A stretch of DNA of 64,000 nt from Pocillopora damicornis (taxonomy: Eukaryota): NCBI RefSeq assembly GCF_003704095.1, contig NW_020846214.1, positions 1 through 64,000 on the forward strand. Direction: 5' to 3'. Position 1 is the stretch's first letter; every line of letters starts with the position of its first letter. The notes beneath the pieces are model-generated. The model was not told the origin of the DNA. It made no database searches and saw only the letters and a list, made by a program, of their open reading frames with translations. The translations under genes and the position numbers were made by a program. Below are positions 37,558 to 51,000 of the stretch, one piece after another.

Positions 37558-38742
37558 ATGGAGAACGAACGCCAATCGAACGGCGAGACAGCGTTAAGTA
37601 TCAACGGAAAAGTTCCTGTGCCAGCAGAATGCAAGTTTACCTTACACACGTTCTCTGATACGCTTCTCGATCAAAAGGTTCATTTTCAAATTCTTAAAAT
37701 GACAGACAGTTTGTATGTTTGGATCGGAACATCTCCGGAAATGGATGCTCTTGCTGTAGCCATGTGCACAAAATACGTAAGTGGTAACCACCAGACATCT
37801 CAGATGTATGAAATGCATTGTTACTTCCAGTGCATGTTAGAAATCAAGGGTTAGGTTGGGGAAGGGGGAAAGGAGTAATGAAAAGCTGTTTCTCCAACGT
37901 GCGTCTCTCAATATGAGCCGATCCATCAATGTCTCCTTTACATACAACTAGTCATGCTCGTGTTAGTTAAACGCCCAAGAGTATCTAGAAATTAAGGGTA
38001 GGTCAGGGGGGAAAGGTGTAATGTACAACTGTCACTGTGTGTCTCTCAACATGCCAATCCATCCAAAGTTTCCTTCAGGGAAAGGTCAAGTTTTAGTGCC
38101 CTTGCTGAAAACCAGAACACTATGATTAAGCTCTCATTTGCAACACTAATTTGGGTAGACAGGGGATGAAGGGTTGGTAAATTTTTCACGAATGTAAATC
38201 TTGTAGTGGAGCATGGTGCTTATAAAAGTCTTTCTGGAGTCTCCTTCCCTTCCCACCCCCTCCTTCTCCCTCTACTGATCAGGGAGAGAGGGAGAGAGAG
38301 ATCGATTCCACAAAAATATTTTTGCACTATTTACTGTGACAGGATCCAGTGCCATCTGTTGTCAACCTTATAGGAAGTAAAGCTGATCTAAGCTCAACCA
38401 CCTTGGCACAAAGGCTTGGTAAGTAATAGGTGTCATTAGTGCTGTCAGTATCTTTGTGTTCCAGCCCAAGACACTTTGCTTTCAACATAATACTAGAAAC
38501 GGAATTGATTCTTTTCTCTTTCACCTTTTATTTTTTTTCCATATGAGAGTGGACTCTGATAGCAACCTTCTGATTCTTGAAGTCATTGCAACTATTAAGT
38601 AGAATTGCTCTCTATAATTTCAGCTAAGAAGACCAACAAACAGTGTTTTGTGAGCTATAACATACCAACAGAAAACATGCTGCTAGGCTTAGTGGAACAA
38701 AGAATTAACCAGGAAATAAAGGAAAAACCACAGCTGTTCTAA
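37558..38742 (+). CDS. PSMG4: Proteasome assembly chaperone 4, 3 exons
   Basis: Exons 37558-37776, 38343-38418, ~38623-38742: LHTFSDTLLDQKVHFQILKMTDSLYVWIG...LAVAMCTKY|DPVP...STTLAQRLAKKTNKQCFVSYN...VEQRINQEIKEKPQLF*. Confidence 0.93.
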
Positions 38743-40991
38743 AAAGTGTTTAGCATCCCTGGTTCATGAGAAATACAGGTTCTTTTCTGCAATGAAAAGG
38801 GTAGCTTGTACTCCAATAAAATCAGAAGAGGAGCTAAGAGAAATTTGCTTCTGAAGTGTGACACCATCAAATAAAAGACAAGATTTCTACATCTCCAGCT
38901 TGATAACCAAATTTCTGGGATCGCTACTTAATACATTGGAAATCACACTTTGGAGGTGTGAATTGATATCAAACTTGATGGAAATGACCGCTAAAGTTGC
39001 ATATCATGGTCACTGTTGAAACATTTAAGACTTTGCAAACCTGTGAAAAGTAGACAGTTCACAAGGTAGATACATTCAGAAATAGAACTGGAATTGTTGT
39101 TTTGGTTGGTTTAAATCAGAGTGTGCTGGAAATTTGCAACAAAATTTAGTTATCATACACATATGTGAAGAGGAAGGTTTCTCAGCCAACAGTTAAGCTA
39201 AAGATGTTGTCAAATGTGAGTTTTGCCAAAACAAGAGAATCATTCAGGTCAACACAACAGTTTACAGGATGAGAATAGCCTATTCAAGGCTCTCAGTCAG
39301 TGGGAATGAGTGAAGACACAGGCAAGCCAACTCTGCTGTCTTTTGTGAGCTTGCTCTTTTTTTTCATTTCCATTAACTGAGAGGTTGGCACAAACAAGAA
39401 TAAGACAATAGATAGCTTTTAATCTTTATGATGTCTCAAATAAAAACCTTGTTTATCAAACTTCTACAACTTTCTCTCCTTGTTATTTATAATAATGAGA
39501 TATTCACTTAGTTGCAATGTGAATCATTCATCCGCTAGGTACGTAATGGAGTAATGATGTAAATTTTGATTGCTCAGCTTTTCTGAGCAGTAGGATGTTC
39601 CTATTAAATTTCTCAACCATCAAAGTGAGAAAGACAGATATATGTGCCCAGTTTTGTAACCCAACAGTACAGGAGGATATTAACATACTTCAGATTACTG
39701 AATTATTTACTGGCTCCATGAACAGGCAAGATGAAGTGATTCCTGTGGTTTAAGAATTATACTTGGGAGCAATTGCATGTTCTACAGTTCCCTTCTTTAA
39801 AACTGCAAGACAACCCTTTTTTTGTTACAGGAAGCAACTTTTCCCACAGGTTTTGCAACAATAAAAATAACCGTATAACACATTCTTAATATAGTCAGAA
39901 CGAGGGAAAGGTTTTTGGGTTTGTGTATTAATAGCACAATTTATTTGAATCACCTAAAACCATAACCAAAGTTATCAACACAGCTAATCAGGGGAGAGAA
40001 AAATATCACAAGGAGCAAATGAGAGTTTAAGTGGAAAAATGTGAGTTTTTTTTTCACAATTGTTTCAGTGTTGAGCTGATTAGTCAAGAGGATGATGGGC
40101 ATTCTCTGGACCAATCACACAGGAGAATAAAGCAAACCCAAAGCAATCTGGATTACTTACAACCCTCAAAATTTACTCTATTTAACAATTCTTATCCTTA
40201 ACTCTTTCCACCCTAACATCAGTAAGCATATTCTCCACACTTTTTTATACATTTCCTAAGGTGTTGATAAGGAGATTATGTTTCACAATCAAAAGCTTCT
40301 CAAGTTGGTGGTTATTTCTTGTACTCTCATGACCTTAATGTTTGAATCAGGGATAATATTGTAAAGAGAAATTAGATGTCACTCTTAGGGTTAACTGACC
40401 AAGCTTGTGTACCCAAGATGACTACATGTTGGCTTTACACTTTGTTTCTTCTTGACCAAGTTGAAAGTGAGGCTCAAAAATGCAAAAGAGAAAAAGGTTT
40501 ATGGATCATGGAAAACCTTTAAAGTCGTGGAGTACCATCATATCATTTTGCAGGCCTGTAAATTCATGGAATTTGGGGGTGAGTCATACAGAGACATGGG
40601 AAATTTCCCGAAATTAAACTTTGGAGAACAACTTAGTAAAAGGACTTCATTAATTGATTTTTTCACTCTGATTGGAGCTACCTTATCCTTTGCATGTGAA
40701 AATTTCAAAAGCTCACTCAAAGGTCACTGAAAGTCATGAAATTTTATGATTTTCAAAAGAATGTGAATCCTGAACCCATGCTTTTGTTTCTACTGGAAGT
40801 AAGAATTGAAGTACAGTTGCTTGATATGAAGTTTAATTAGTACATCACTTTTGCCACAGTAACACTAAAAATCTTGCCCATTAAATTTGAGTAACATTGC
40901 ACTGTCAGAAGTGAAAAACACTTGATATTCTACAAATATAAGCCCTTTATTTACAATTTAAATGAATTCAATTTAGCTCACCCACCACAAT

Positions 40992-43900
40992 TTATGACTT
41001 TGTCAACAAGCAGAGATTATTCTTTAAGCATGTTAAACCTTCTCCTCCATACCCTATATGCCACTCTTCTGCCAATCTTTCTTTATCAACAGTACTGATC
41101 AGATTGTGAGATAGTTCTAGTTCTGCAAGACAGCATTCCCTGTCTCCTTGTGAAATTGCGGTTTTTAAAGCATCAAAGAATGAGTCATCAAGAGGTGATT
41201 GAACTCCACAAGTAGACAAATTTAGCTTTCTGAGGGTTTTACTGTCCTTAGCTGCCACAAGCAAACCCTTGACTCCTACAGAGTCAATGCCTTCATTACC
41301 AGCCAGAACAAGAGTTGAAAGTTTGCAGCTTTCCCTCACAAGTCTAAAAAAAATTAAAAGCATGAGATTAATGTTAACCCTCAGTATGCTTATTCTTGAT
41401 ATTGTTTTCTATAAATTTCTTACTACGCTGACAAGGAGAATTTGTACTTTTTTAGAGAGTTTTTTTCCTCAGGTAAACTTCAGCAATATAGGGTGATTAG
41501 TATGCAAGAAATCATTGTTTTGAAGTCTGACCTTTCCAGGAATGGTAATCCATCAGCACCAATTTTATTGCAACTCAGATCCAAACTGAGAATTGAGAAT
41601 ATATGTCTAGCTTTGAAGAGAAGCTCCAGGTCCTTGTCAGCAATAAAGCAATCTCCAAGAACCAGATGAGAAAGGATACAGCCAATCTAAAAATGCACAC
41701 ATCATGTTATGCTGTTAAAACTATGAAATCTCAAAGTAATGTTGCACTGAACACTCAGTAATCAAATAATTTCCAATGCACATTCCAAAACAGGAATGGT
41801 GTAGATTATAGAGTTTATAAAATAGCATTTTTATGGTACTGAAGTGCAAATCATTAGATTTCTGTTTGCAATGTTTGAAAAAAATTTTTGAGAGGACAGA
41901 AATTTCATTAAAATGTCCATGTTTCAGTTTATGCTGTGTCAAAAATTCAAAGAACCAAACTCAGTGATGCAGAAATTTATCAAACTACAAAACCTCTAAC
42001 AGTGTGAAAAGGAATGTTGCTCTTTTCAACAACTGGAAATTTACACATGCAGAAATCTCAATTGAGAGCTAAAATTCTCTTTTCTAATTGACAGTAAGTA
42101 TTTAGCTTGTACATACTTCCATAAATCCCTCTATACTTTGGAAAGCCAATTGATTGCCTTGATCTTGCAGCGATGAGGTTACATTCAGGTGATTCAATGA
42201 CTCAGATGGAAGAGCTCTCATCAAATCTGTTATTCCTTGAGGGCCAAGAGAATTGTAGGCCACAGACAATTGTAATAACTTTGAACCTGAATGAGTAAAG
42301 CATACATCATTGTGCTATGAGTACATTTCATAAGTTAGTGTTTTCAGAGTTATGTGTAACTAGCCATGGTTAGAGTGGAAAAAGTATGATCTGCATTTTA
42401 GTACACCTCAAGAAATCTCACTGTTAAGATGCTTATAAATAATTTGACTTTAAATAGATCACCTTCTAGTACAAGCTAACAGACTCCTCTAGGACAAAAA
42501 CAAAAAACTTACTAGTTCAAGCTTAAAGAAAAATAAATGTACCACCAAATTTTGGATAATGTGATTGATCATTCAAAGCATTGATGGACAAAGGCAAAGG
42601 GAGAGGTAAATGTAAAATGCACTCTCAAAACAACAAAAACATAAGGCTGGAAAATATCCCCTTGATTATTCTCCTCTACACATGGCCCTTTAATCTTAGG
42701 TTAAGTGTCTTGTCACAGAGTAGAAATCAAAATTCTCAGCTAAGGTAAAATCTAGATTTAGCCCTGGTTATGATTTGACCCACTAGCATCCACTATTCTT
42801 TGTTAGACTCACATATTCTTAATTACAAATTCACCTTTTAAGGCTGAAGCAAATGCTTTTCCTTGGGCAACAACTTCATGAGTCAACCCACAAGATTCTA
42901 TTCTTAGAATGTTTAGAATAGGACATCCTTTAAGAATGACAGCCAGTGAACTACCTGCACTGTCTCCCAACCAGTTATAGCTGATAACAAGTTCCTCCAA
43001 CTTTTGAAGAATACAGTTCTGGAAAAAGACAACAGCATAGTGATAGTTAATTGTAAATATTTCTAAACTGAGGCAATGATAGTAGTAAAATTCTTATATA
43101 GAGCACAATACATGCTAACATGATTTAGTGAGCTTCAAAACTTAGCTCAGTTAAAATTGAAAAGTTTTGAAAATATTTTTGAAATACAAATGTAAGTAAA
43201 ATTGTAAGAAACTTCCCTTATAATAAAATTCTATTAAGATATCTCTGATAGTAAGCAATAATTTTGCTAATGTTCTCTTAAAAAATTTCAATAACTTAGA
43301 GTGGACCATTCACAGTGCAAGCTTCAGCTAGTCTTGAAGTAATGACAAGGGCTGAAAGGATAAAGTTGCCAAAACTGCAAGAAATGTGGGTCACTACTTT
43401 CAAGACAAGGTAAAACAGATGCCAAAGACATATCTCCCCCCCTTTTTGGGAGCCATTTTCAAACCTGTTGTGGTCCTGAACTAAGTGATTCCTTGGAAGT
43501 CAAAGCAATAGCAACAAATGACAGTCCTTTGTTAGTTATTCCATTGGAGGCCAGGTCCAGTACAGCAAGGGAGGGGAGAGTTGGGAGAGCTGATACTAGA
43601 TGCTGGATGCCAGAGTCACCTGGATGAGAATCCAGTAATAAAAAGTACTTTAAATTGATCAAAAAATTTCATGTCACTTTGTTCATTGAGTTACAATATA
43701 AATGGTGGATCAATGTAGTCATGAGTTTGAGAGTATCACTGGAACCTTTTTGTACATACCTATCCTGTTACCAGGCAATGAGAGCTTTGTCAGAGTGTCA
43801 TGACACTGCAGAGCTCTGAATAGAGGCAGCACAAAGATATCTTGTAATGCTTTGTTTACTAGATGGAGGCTTGACAAATGAGGATCTGCTTCAAGGATGC

Positions 43901-45060
43901 ACAGTACATCTACCTGAGGTACTAGGGACAAAGAAATAGGTGAAAAAATGTCAAGCCTTAAAATCAGGCATAGTGAAAAACAATATTTGATGTATGCTGA
44001 GTGAGGTAAAAGATTTCTGATCAGATTAATTCACTTTTTTAAGGAATGAGATATCCAACAAAGATGTTGTGGTGTTATTAATAAGATACAAGTGTTTATC
44101 TGTGATCCAGCACTTTGGTACAGTGTTCCAAGCTGCAACCATTGGGTTGGCAAGGCAAGTAAGAATTTCAAGATGATGCAAAAACCCTGGATATTTAGAA
44201 TGTAGAGTGAAAGGAAGAGAAGGGGAATCCCTTGAAAATCCACCAGAAAAGTTACGAAGTAAAAAAAGCTTTAGATTATTTACACCATAGAAAACAACAC
44301 AGATATATAATCTTCCATGGACAAGAGATTTGTCAAGGCAAGCAAGCACAGCAAATACGTCTGACAAAATGCACAAAAAGGCAATACTAAATACAATCAA
44401 AGTAACTAAATAAATGGCTTTTTTAAGACTCCTCCTCCTAAAACTTTGTAAAGTATAATTTACCAGTGTTGGTGTTGAGACATGCATCATGATATCTCTC
44501 TGACAATGCAGGCAAGTCCCAAGATTCCACTGATGCTATAACTTCTTCATTACTTGAAAGTACATCTGTGATTTTATCCTCCACTGACAAGAAAGCACCC
44601 TCCTTTGTTTTCAGGGCTAAAACAGGACGAAGGCCAGAAGAGGAAAAGTACCTGAGGGAAGCCTTTGAGGTAAAAACAACAGCAAGTACCGAAAAATTAG
44701 CACACCCAAAGTGTTGAAAATACTTTAATTTATAAAGTTATGCTAGAAATCTAGAATACTGCAATTGTGTCATGAGAGATCTGTAATGTAATTTAAATTT
44801 TGCAATTCCACAGTGAGGTCCATAGTTTGAGTGTAAAATTAACCCTTTACACACTAACATCAGTATGCATATTCACCATACTGTTTTCTACACATTTTCT
44901 GAGGTGCTGACAAGGAGAATTATTTGTTTGAGAGCTGGAGCTTCTTTAGGTTAGCAATCACAGCTCCCTTTATTCTCATGACCTCAATGTTTGGTTCAGA
45001 GTGATATTGCAAGGAGAAATTAGATGCTGGTCACTTAGGGGTACAATGGTTAAAGTTGCT

Positions 45061-45091
<31 letters not shown>

Positions 45092-48000
45092 AGAAAAAAA
45101 AAGGTCATACACCTGTTTGAGCATAAGTTTATTCATATCCAGCAAAATAAATTTCATTAAATGAAAATAAGTTAAAATAAATAGATGAATATGGAATGAA
45201 TAAGAAAAGATGTAAAATCCATGAATTATTGGCCCTGAGCAATTATTTAGGCATTACACTAGAGATGTAAGCTCAAGAGAGATAAAGCAAAACAAACCTG
45301 CTCAGCTAACCATCCAACACTCTTAGCTTCTTGTGCATTACCTTGAGGACATGGAATAAGAAACATTTTATCCTGCACCCATACTTTAAGGCGCATGGGT
45401 GGAGTTCCTCCTGGGGTTACTGTGTGTCTTGAACTTGCTCCAGGAGAGTCATAAACACTAGTTCTTACACCTAGAACAGTAGATGTTACCTCTGATCCAG
45501 ATGGTATCAATGTCAAAAGATCATTTTGAGACCAATGATTTGTCACATAATTATCATGAGACGACATGGTATTACTTGGACTCTCTGGTGCTTTAGGTTC
45601 TTGTGATACAACCAATCTTGATTGCTTTGGGCGAGGCCCTTTGTGAGTGTTACCAAGACTTAACCGATGTCTTGGCCTAGATGCGGTTGCCGTTTGTCTG
45701 GTGCGATCAGTTGATCTAGCAAGGTTTGTGAGCTTTGCTTGACGTTTACGTTTTGCCCTCCTTGGTCCAACATCATCCACAAGCCAATCTGCAGTCTTTT
45801 GAGAAATATGAGATGCTACTGGACCAGTGTAATGGCTGCTAGTATCACTTGATGTTCCTACTATGGGATCAGTTATCAATGCACTTAACCCAAAATCAGA
45901 GTTTTGATCATTCAAACCAACCATTTCAACACCATTCTCCTCATCCATAGATGCGTAAGTACTATCATCATCACCAACATCAATTCCATTATTGTGAACA
46001 GCATCAAAGGATGCTTCATCACTATCACAAGAAAACATGTCATTAGCACTGCCAACCACATGATGAACAGAAGAATGTGCTGGCTCACCAGAAGAACTAG
46101 AAGGATACGAAAGGACAACTTCAAGTTGGTTTTCCTGCGAATCATCATCCTCACTTATGAAAGCTCCTTTGCTCAGGGTCTTGGGAGGATGTGGTTCATC
46201 CACATGGCCTTGGTTGCTGTTGTCCAAAATTTTTTTGTTCATTCTCTGAAGTCTTTCAATCTCCTTCTTCATTAATTTATCATTGAATCTTTGCAGAGCA
46301 CTTGTGTTCTCTTGAGAAGACTCATCTGCTTCTTCATCATTATCATCATCATCAAACACTACATTTCGTCTCCTTAATTCTGAACTAATTTTAGTTGCTT
46401 TGTGATTGCGCAGAAGTTTTACCACCTGCTGTCTTCCAGTAGACAGTTCATCATCAGCTTTATCAATATTGAGTGTCTGGATGGCTGCCTCCAAAGCTGT
46501 ACGACCCTGGTGATAAAAACAAACAAACAAACTAAAAGCAGAGAATTTGTACCAGTATGAGTATTATTACACTGTATAAACAAACAGAGCAATCATGAAA
46601 TTGTCAAATAGAAAGATAATTAATGCCATTTTTATAATGATGTAAAGTAGAAACTGCAGCTGGACCATTAAAAACATAAAGCTCAACTTCAGCTTAATCA
46701 GGTTAGGTATGAAAAATAAGCATAGCTTGAGATATTTGAGTGAAAAAATTTGTGAATCATGGTCAATCAGTCCTTCCATTCACCACCAAAAAAATAACTG
46801 AAACAATATTTCCATCTCCATAACAATGTTCCCTGTTTTCACTCATGCAAAAAACACCAGTTGCTCAACACTTTATTAGACCAGCAGAATATTAACCCTT
46901 CAACTCCCAGAAGTGATAGACATGTAAATTTTCCCTATAATATCAATACATTATCCAACAAACAGGTGAAGTGAATACTCAAACTTATTCAGTGCAAGTT
47001 TTTATTTTGATCCAGTGACAAATTCTTATCACTAATTTAAAAGGAAATGTCTGGCAGCTAAAGGGGAGGATTAATGATAAAATCATGGGACTACCTGACT
47101 TATGATGTACAATGATTCTGCGCATTTCTCCAAACTAACCTTGTCATCTTTCAGATTGATGGATGCTCCATGAGACAGCAAGAGCTTGACAACATGAACA
47201 TGCCCATTCTCAGCTGCATCATGGAGAGGTGTCACTCCACAGCAGTGTTCACCACTCTGGTCATTAACATTTGACCCTGCCATGAGTAAAAGCTTAGCCA
47301 CCTCTACAAATCAAAAGGTAATATCAGTTTCTGAGTCCAAAGGCTCATCCAGTGGAAGCTTACAATAGTACAAAGGCACTACCAGTATTGCCCCCCCCCC
47401 TTTATCCTCCTGTGGGATGCTAGTCTATTATAGGTTTATCCCTTTGGTATTTCAAACAATTTTAGGTATCCTGACCATTGGCTGACACTCATTTATACAC
47501 ATGAGCCCACTGTTTGAAGGGAAGGTAGCACTATCCAAAGTATTAGTTGCTACCCAGCTGATAAGTGTCAACAAAATGTACTCTACTATCCATCAGACGG
47601 GAATTTATCCAGTGGAAAGCCTTATCCACCCAATGAACAGGGGCCTTGTTGGAGAGAAGCACAGTGAGGATTAAGTGTCTTCTTGCATCCAGGAACACAA
47701 CAGAGTGATCCAACAAAAGCTCTAACCTGAACCTTTCAAGAAGGGGTCTAAAACATTGTTGACTATGCCAATGTATCCCCCCTCCCCCTCCAAAGAAAAA
47801 TGAACACCCAACACCTTTTAAGTCACAAGATTAAATCCAACAATCTCCATGCAATTTAATCTGAGAATGATCAAGATCCTCCTAAATCAAGTGTATTCTG
47901 AGACTGACTGTTTCCAAGTGTATGCAGGTTTTTCAGTTGGTTTCATGCAAGACAGGAAAGTGAACAGAACCTAGGTGACCATGGTTGCAAGCCTCATGAA

Positions 48001-51000
48001 GTGGAAGCCAGCCACAGTAATCTCTTGCATGGACATCAGATCCCTGAAAATGGACATTAAGTAAACAAATGAACATCCTTTGTAGAGCATTGCATCAATA
48101 TACCCTGAAGCACATAAAATGTTTCATTTACATGAGTATTAGGAAATTCTTGGGCTACTTAAATGTTAAGATATATAATGTATGGTAAAGTCATTTTCTG
48201 AATGTTAACTTAGTTTGTACATTACGTCAGCAGCAAATAACTTTCACACTTTCCAAAAAACTAACAAACAGCTTGAATAGCATTCACCTTTTCCAACAGC
48301 TCTTTCACACGTTGTGAATTTCCTGCAATTGCTGCCTCATGTAGTGGGGTTTCTCCTTTTTCATTCACATATTTTCGCTGCCAAAAAGCAAAACAGAAAA
48401 AATAAATTAAGATGAAAATTGTATTTATCAATTGAAAACATACCTCAAGGAAATGCACTATATTTGTTTAAGCTCTTCTTTTTTTTCCAAATGGTTTGCT
48501 GCTATTGTGAAGGAAAACCAATTACTGGTACTTGAAAAATATTTCCCAAAAGATCTCACTTGTGCAAGAAGCTGGCTTCTTGATTTATGTTTTAAATTTT
48601 TTACCCAGCAAAAGGCATTATCGTATGATATAACTGCCACCTGATGGAGTCTAGATCACAAAAGCCATAAATAATTATTTACTTAATCTTCAATACATTT
48701 ACAATATATTCACCTGGCTTCTTGTTCTTAGTTGTCTTGAACTATTCCTTGGTCTGGAATCTTCTCCTTCATTGTCATTATCCTCATCTACATAGAAATA
48801 CAAAATTGAGGGGAAATAAACTTAGCCCTCTCCTATTAAAGCTACAAGGATGATTACTCTTTTTTCAGAAATAAAAAACCATTTACATTTATTAAAAAAA
48901 GCACCTTGATATTGATTAAACATAACCAGAGGCAGTAAAACAAAGCATGGACTGGTAGCTAATATTATTTAGTTTACCACTTGAGAAAGATATAAAGAAG
49001 TAATAACTGATTTTTTTAAAATTAAATCATTACATATTAAAACTAAACATGGGCTTATAGGGGCTTTGCCTGTGGGCTATTTATACTTTATTTGTTGATA
49101 GAAAGAACTACCCACTGCTTACCAGATTCTGAGAGAAGTAATTCATTTTCAATCAAAACTTTTGCAAGATCTTCATCACCATTACTACTTCCTTCTTCAT
49201 CATCACTGTCATCACTAACAACTTCAATATCAAACTGTCTTTCAAGTTCTGTAACTTTGGAAACTGATGTTTGGTACTTGTCTTTGAGATCAAACATCTT
49301 TTGTGTATCTGCTAAGCATTTCCACACCCTCAGCTGTTCAAAACATTAACCATAGATAATTAGCAGAGCTGGCAGCTTGGATGAAGAGGTTTATTTCTGT
49401 CAATTTATTTTTCTGGTTTGCTTTCTTTTCAAGTAACTCAATCCAAAAGCTTATAATTAAAATACCGAATTCTCAGAACCAATATCACGAGAACTGTATG
49501 GATGATGGCAATTACTGGATGGAGAATTACTAATGAGATCTTGGAGGTGAAAGGGTCAATCATACTTCCTGATGATTTTATTCAAAATTATCAGAAACCA
49601 TAACCATTTCTACTGTATCAATCCTAAACGTCTACAATGTTGCTTAGACCCACTTACTTCGTCCATATCATTTAAAAGTTTCCTCCTAAGCAAAGCTTGC
49701 CTACCTCAAGGGAACATATGTTTAACACATTTAGTTTTTATTCCTACCACAGCTTGTGGTTTTCCAGCTTGTTTGGCATAAGACAAGGCCTTCATGTAGG
49801 CATCTTCAATGTGTTCATAATCATGTCCACTTTTATCATGCACATATGCAATGTTACACCAAGTGTCGCACTTCTACAAATAAGAAAACAACAAAAAGAA
49901 AGCTCTTAGAGGACTGTAACACATCATCAACTTCAACTAGGACCACTTTACATTCTTCTGACAACCATTAAACAGGGGTTTCACCAAAAGCCAGTTAATT
50001 GCGGTCTACCACTGTCCATAAGACCTCTTGCTGCCTTTTCTTTCAGGCTCTTGTGTCTGGCTTTTGCCTTGTGGCATAGCCAGCTATTACTAACACCATT
50101 GGCAGCCACTTATAGAAAAATTTATTGAAACCCCTGCTTGTTAGACAGTTTGAAGCAAAGGCATTGGACCAAACACAATAGTGGTCAATTTTCTCAGATT
50201 ACTCAGTAGATCAGGTTCAAAGGAAAACTTTGCTCTTTCTGTCTCAGCACTGATAAGGAGAAAAGAGCAGATGGATTATTAAAAACTCAATTTTACTATT
50301 ACTATAAAGGACCTTTAAGAACAGTACTGTAAGCTGCAACCCTTCTGGCCACCATAGCAATTGGGAAACATTCTTGGAAATTTAATCAACAATCATATGG
50401 GAGTCACAATATATGGCAAACTGAGTTTTGCAGTCATGTAGCAAGCTGTACCAGTTAGTTAATACAAATAGGAGTCTATGGTCAAAAGTACATAAATGTG
50501 AAATAAAAATTTCAAATATTCAACTCTTACTCTCCAGTTTACCTTTTTGGCATCCCCTTCTTCCAAACTGAATGTTTCTAGTTCTTTCATGTAGCAGTCA
50601 ATGGCATCTTGAGGACATTTGAGGTCAAAGTATGTTATTGCAAGGGACACAAAAATAGGTGACAGCTCTGTGCCAGACCTCCCTGCACATTTGGCCAAAT
50701 CAAGCTGCAGAGTTGAGACATTTTAATAGTCAATTAGCCTTGAAACCAGTAAGTACTATCATTGAATCTCCTAAAATTACCACTCTGCTATATTTTCAAC
50801 CCCTCATTCTCAAAATAAGCCTCGTAGTTTTTAATGATCATTTTTTTTTGCTTACTTCATTAAAACAGGGGCTGCTACAACTATGATTAACAAGTAATAA
50901 AAAAATTTCTTTGTCGATGTACATGTTTGCACTGAAACAATTGAACAATACAAGTGCTCAGATTATTAATTGTGACTTTCTTTCAGTTCCATTAAATTGC

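Noticed and set aside
41672-41679. GTATCCTT on the TONSL strand as a second U12 donor
   Set aside because: Lies within an LRR-coding exon (IGCILSH) that reads through in frame
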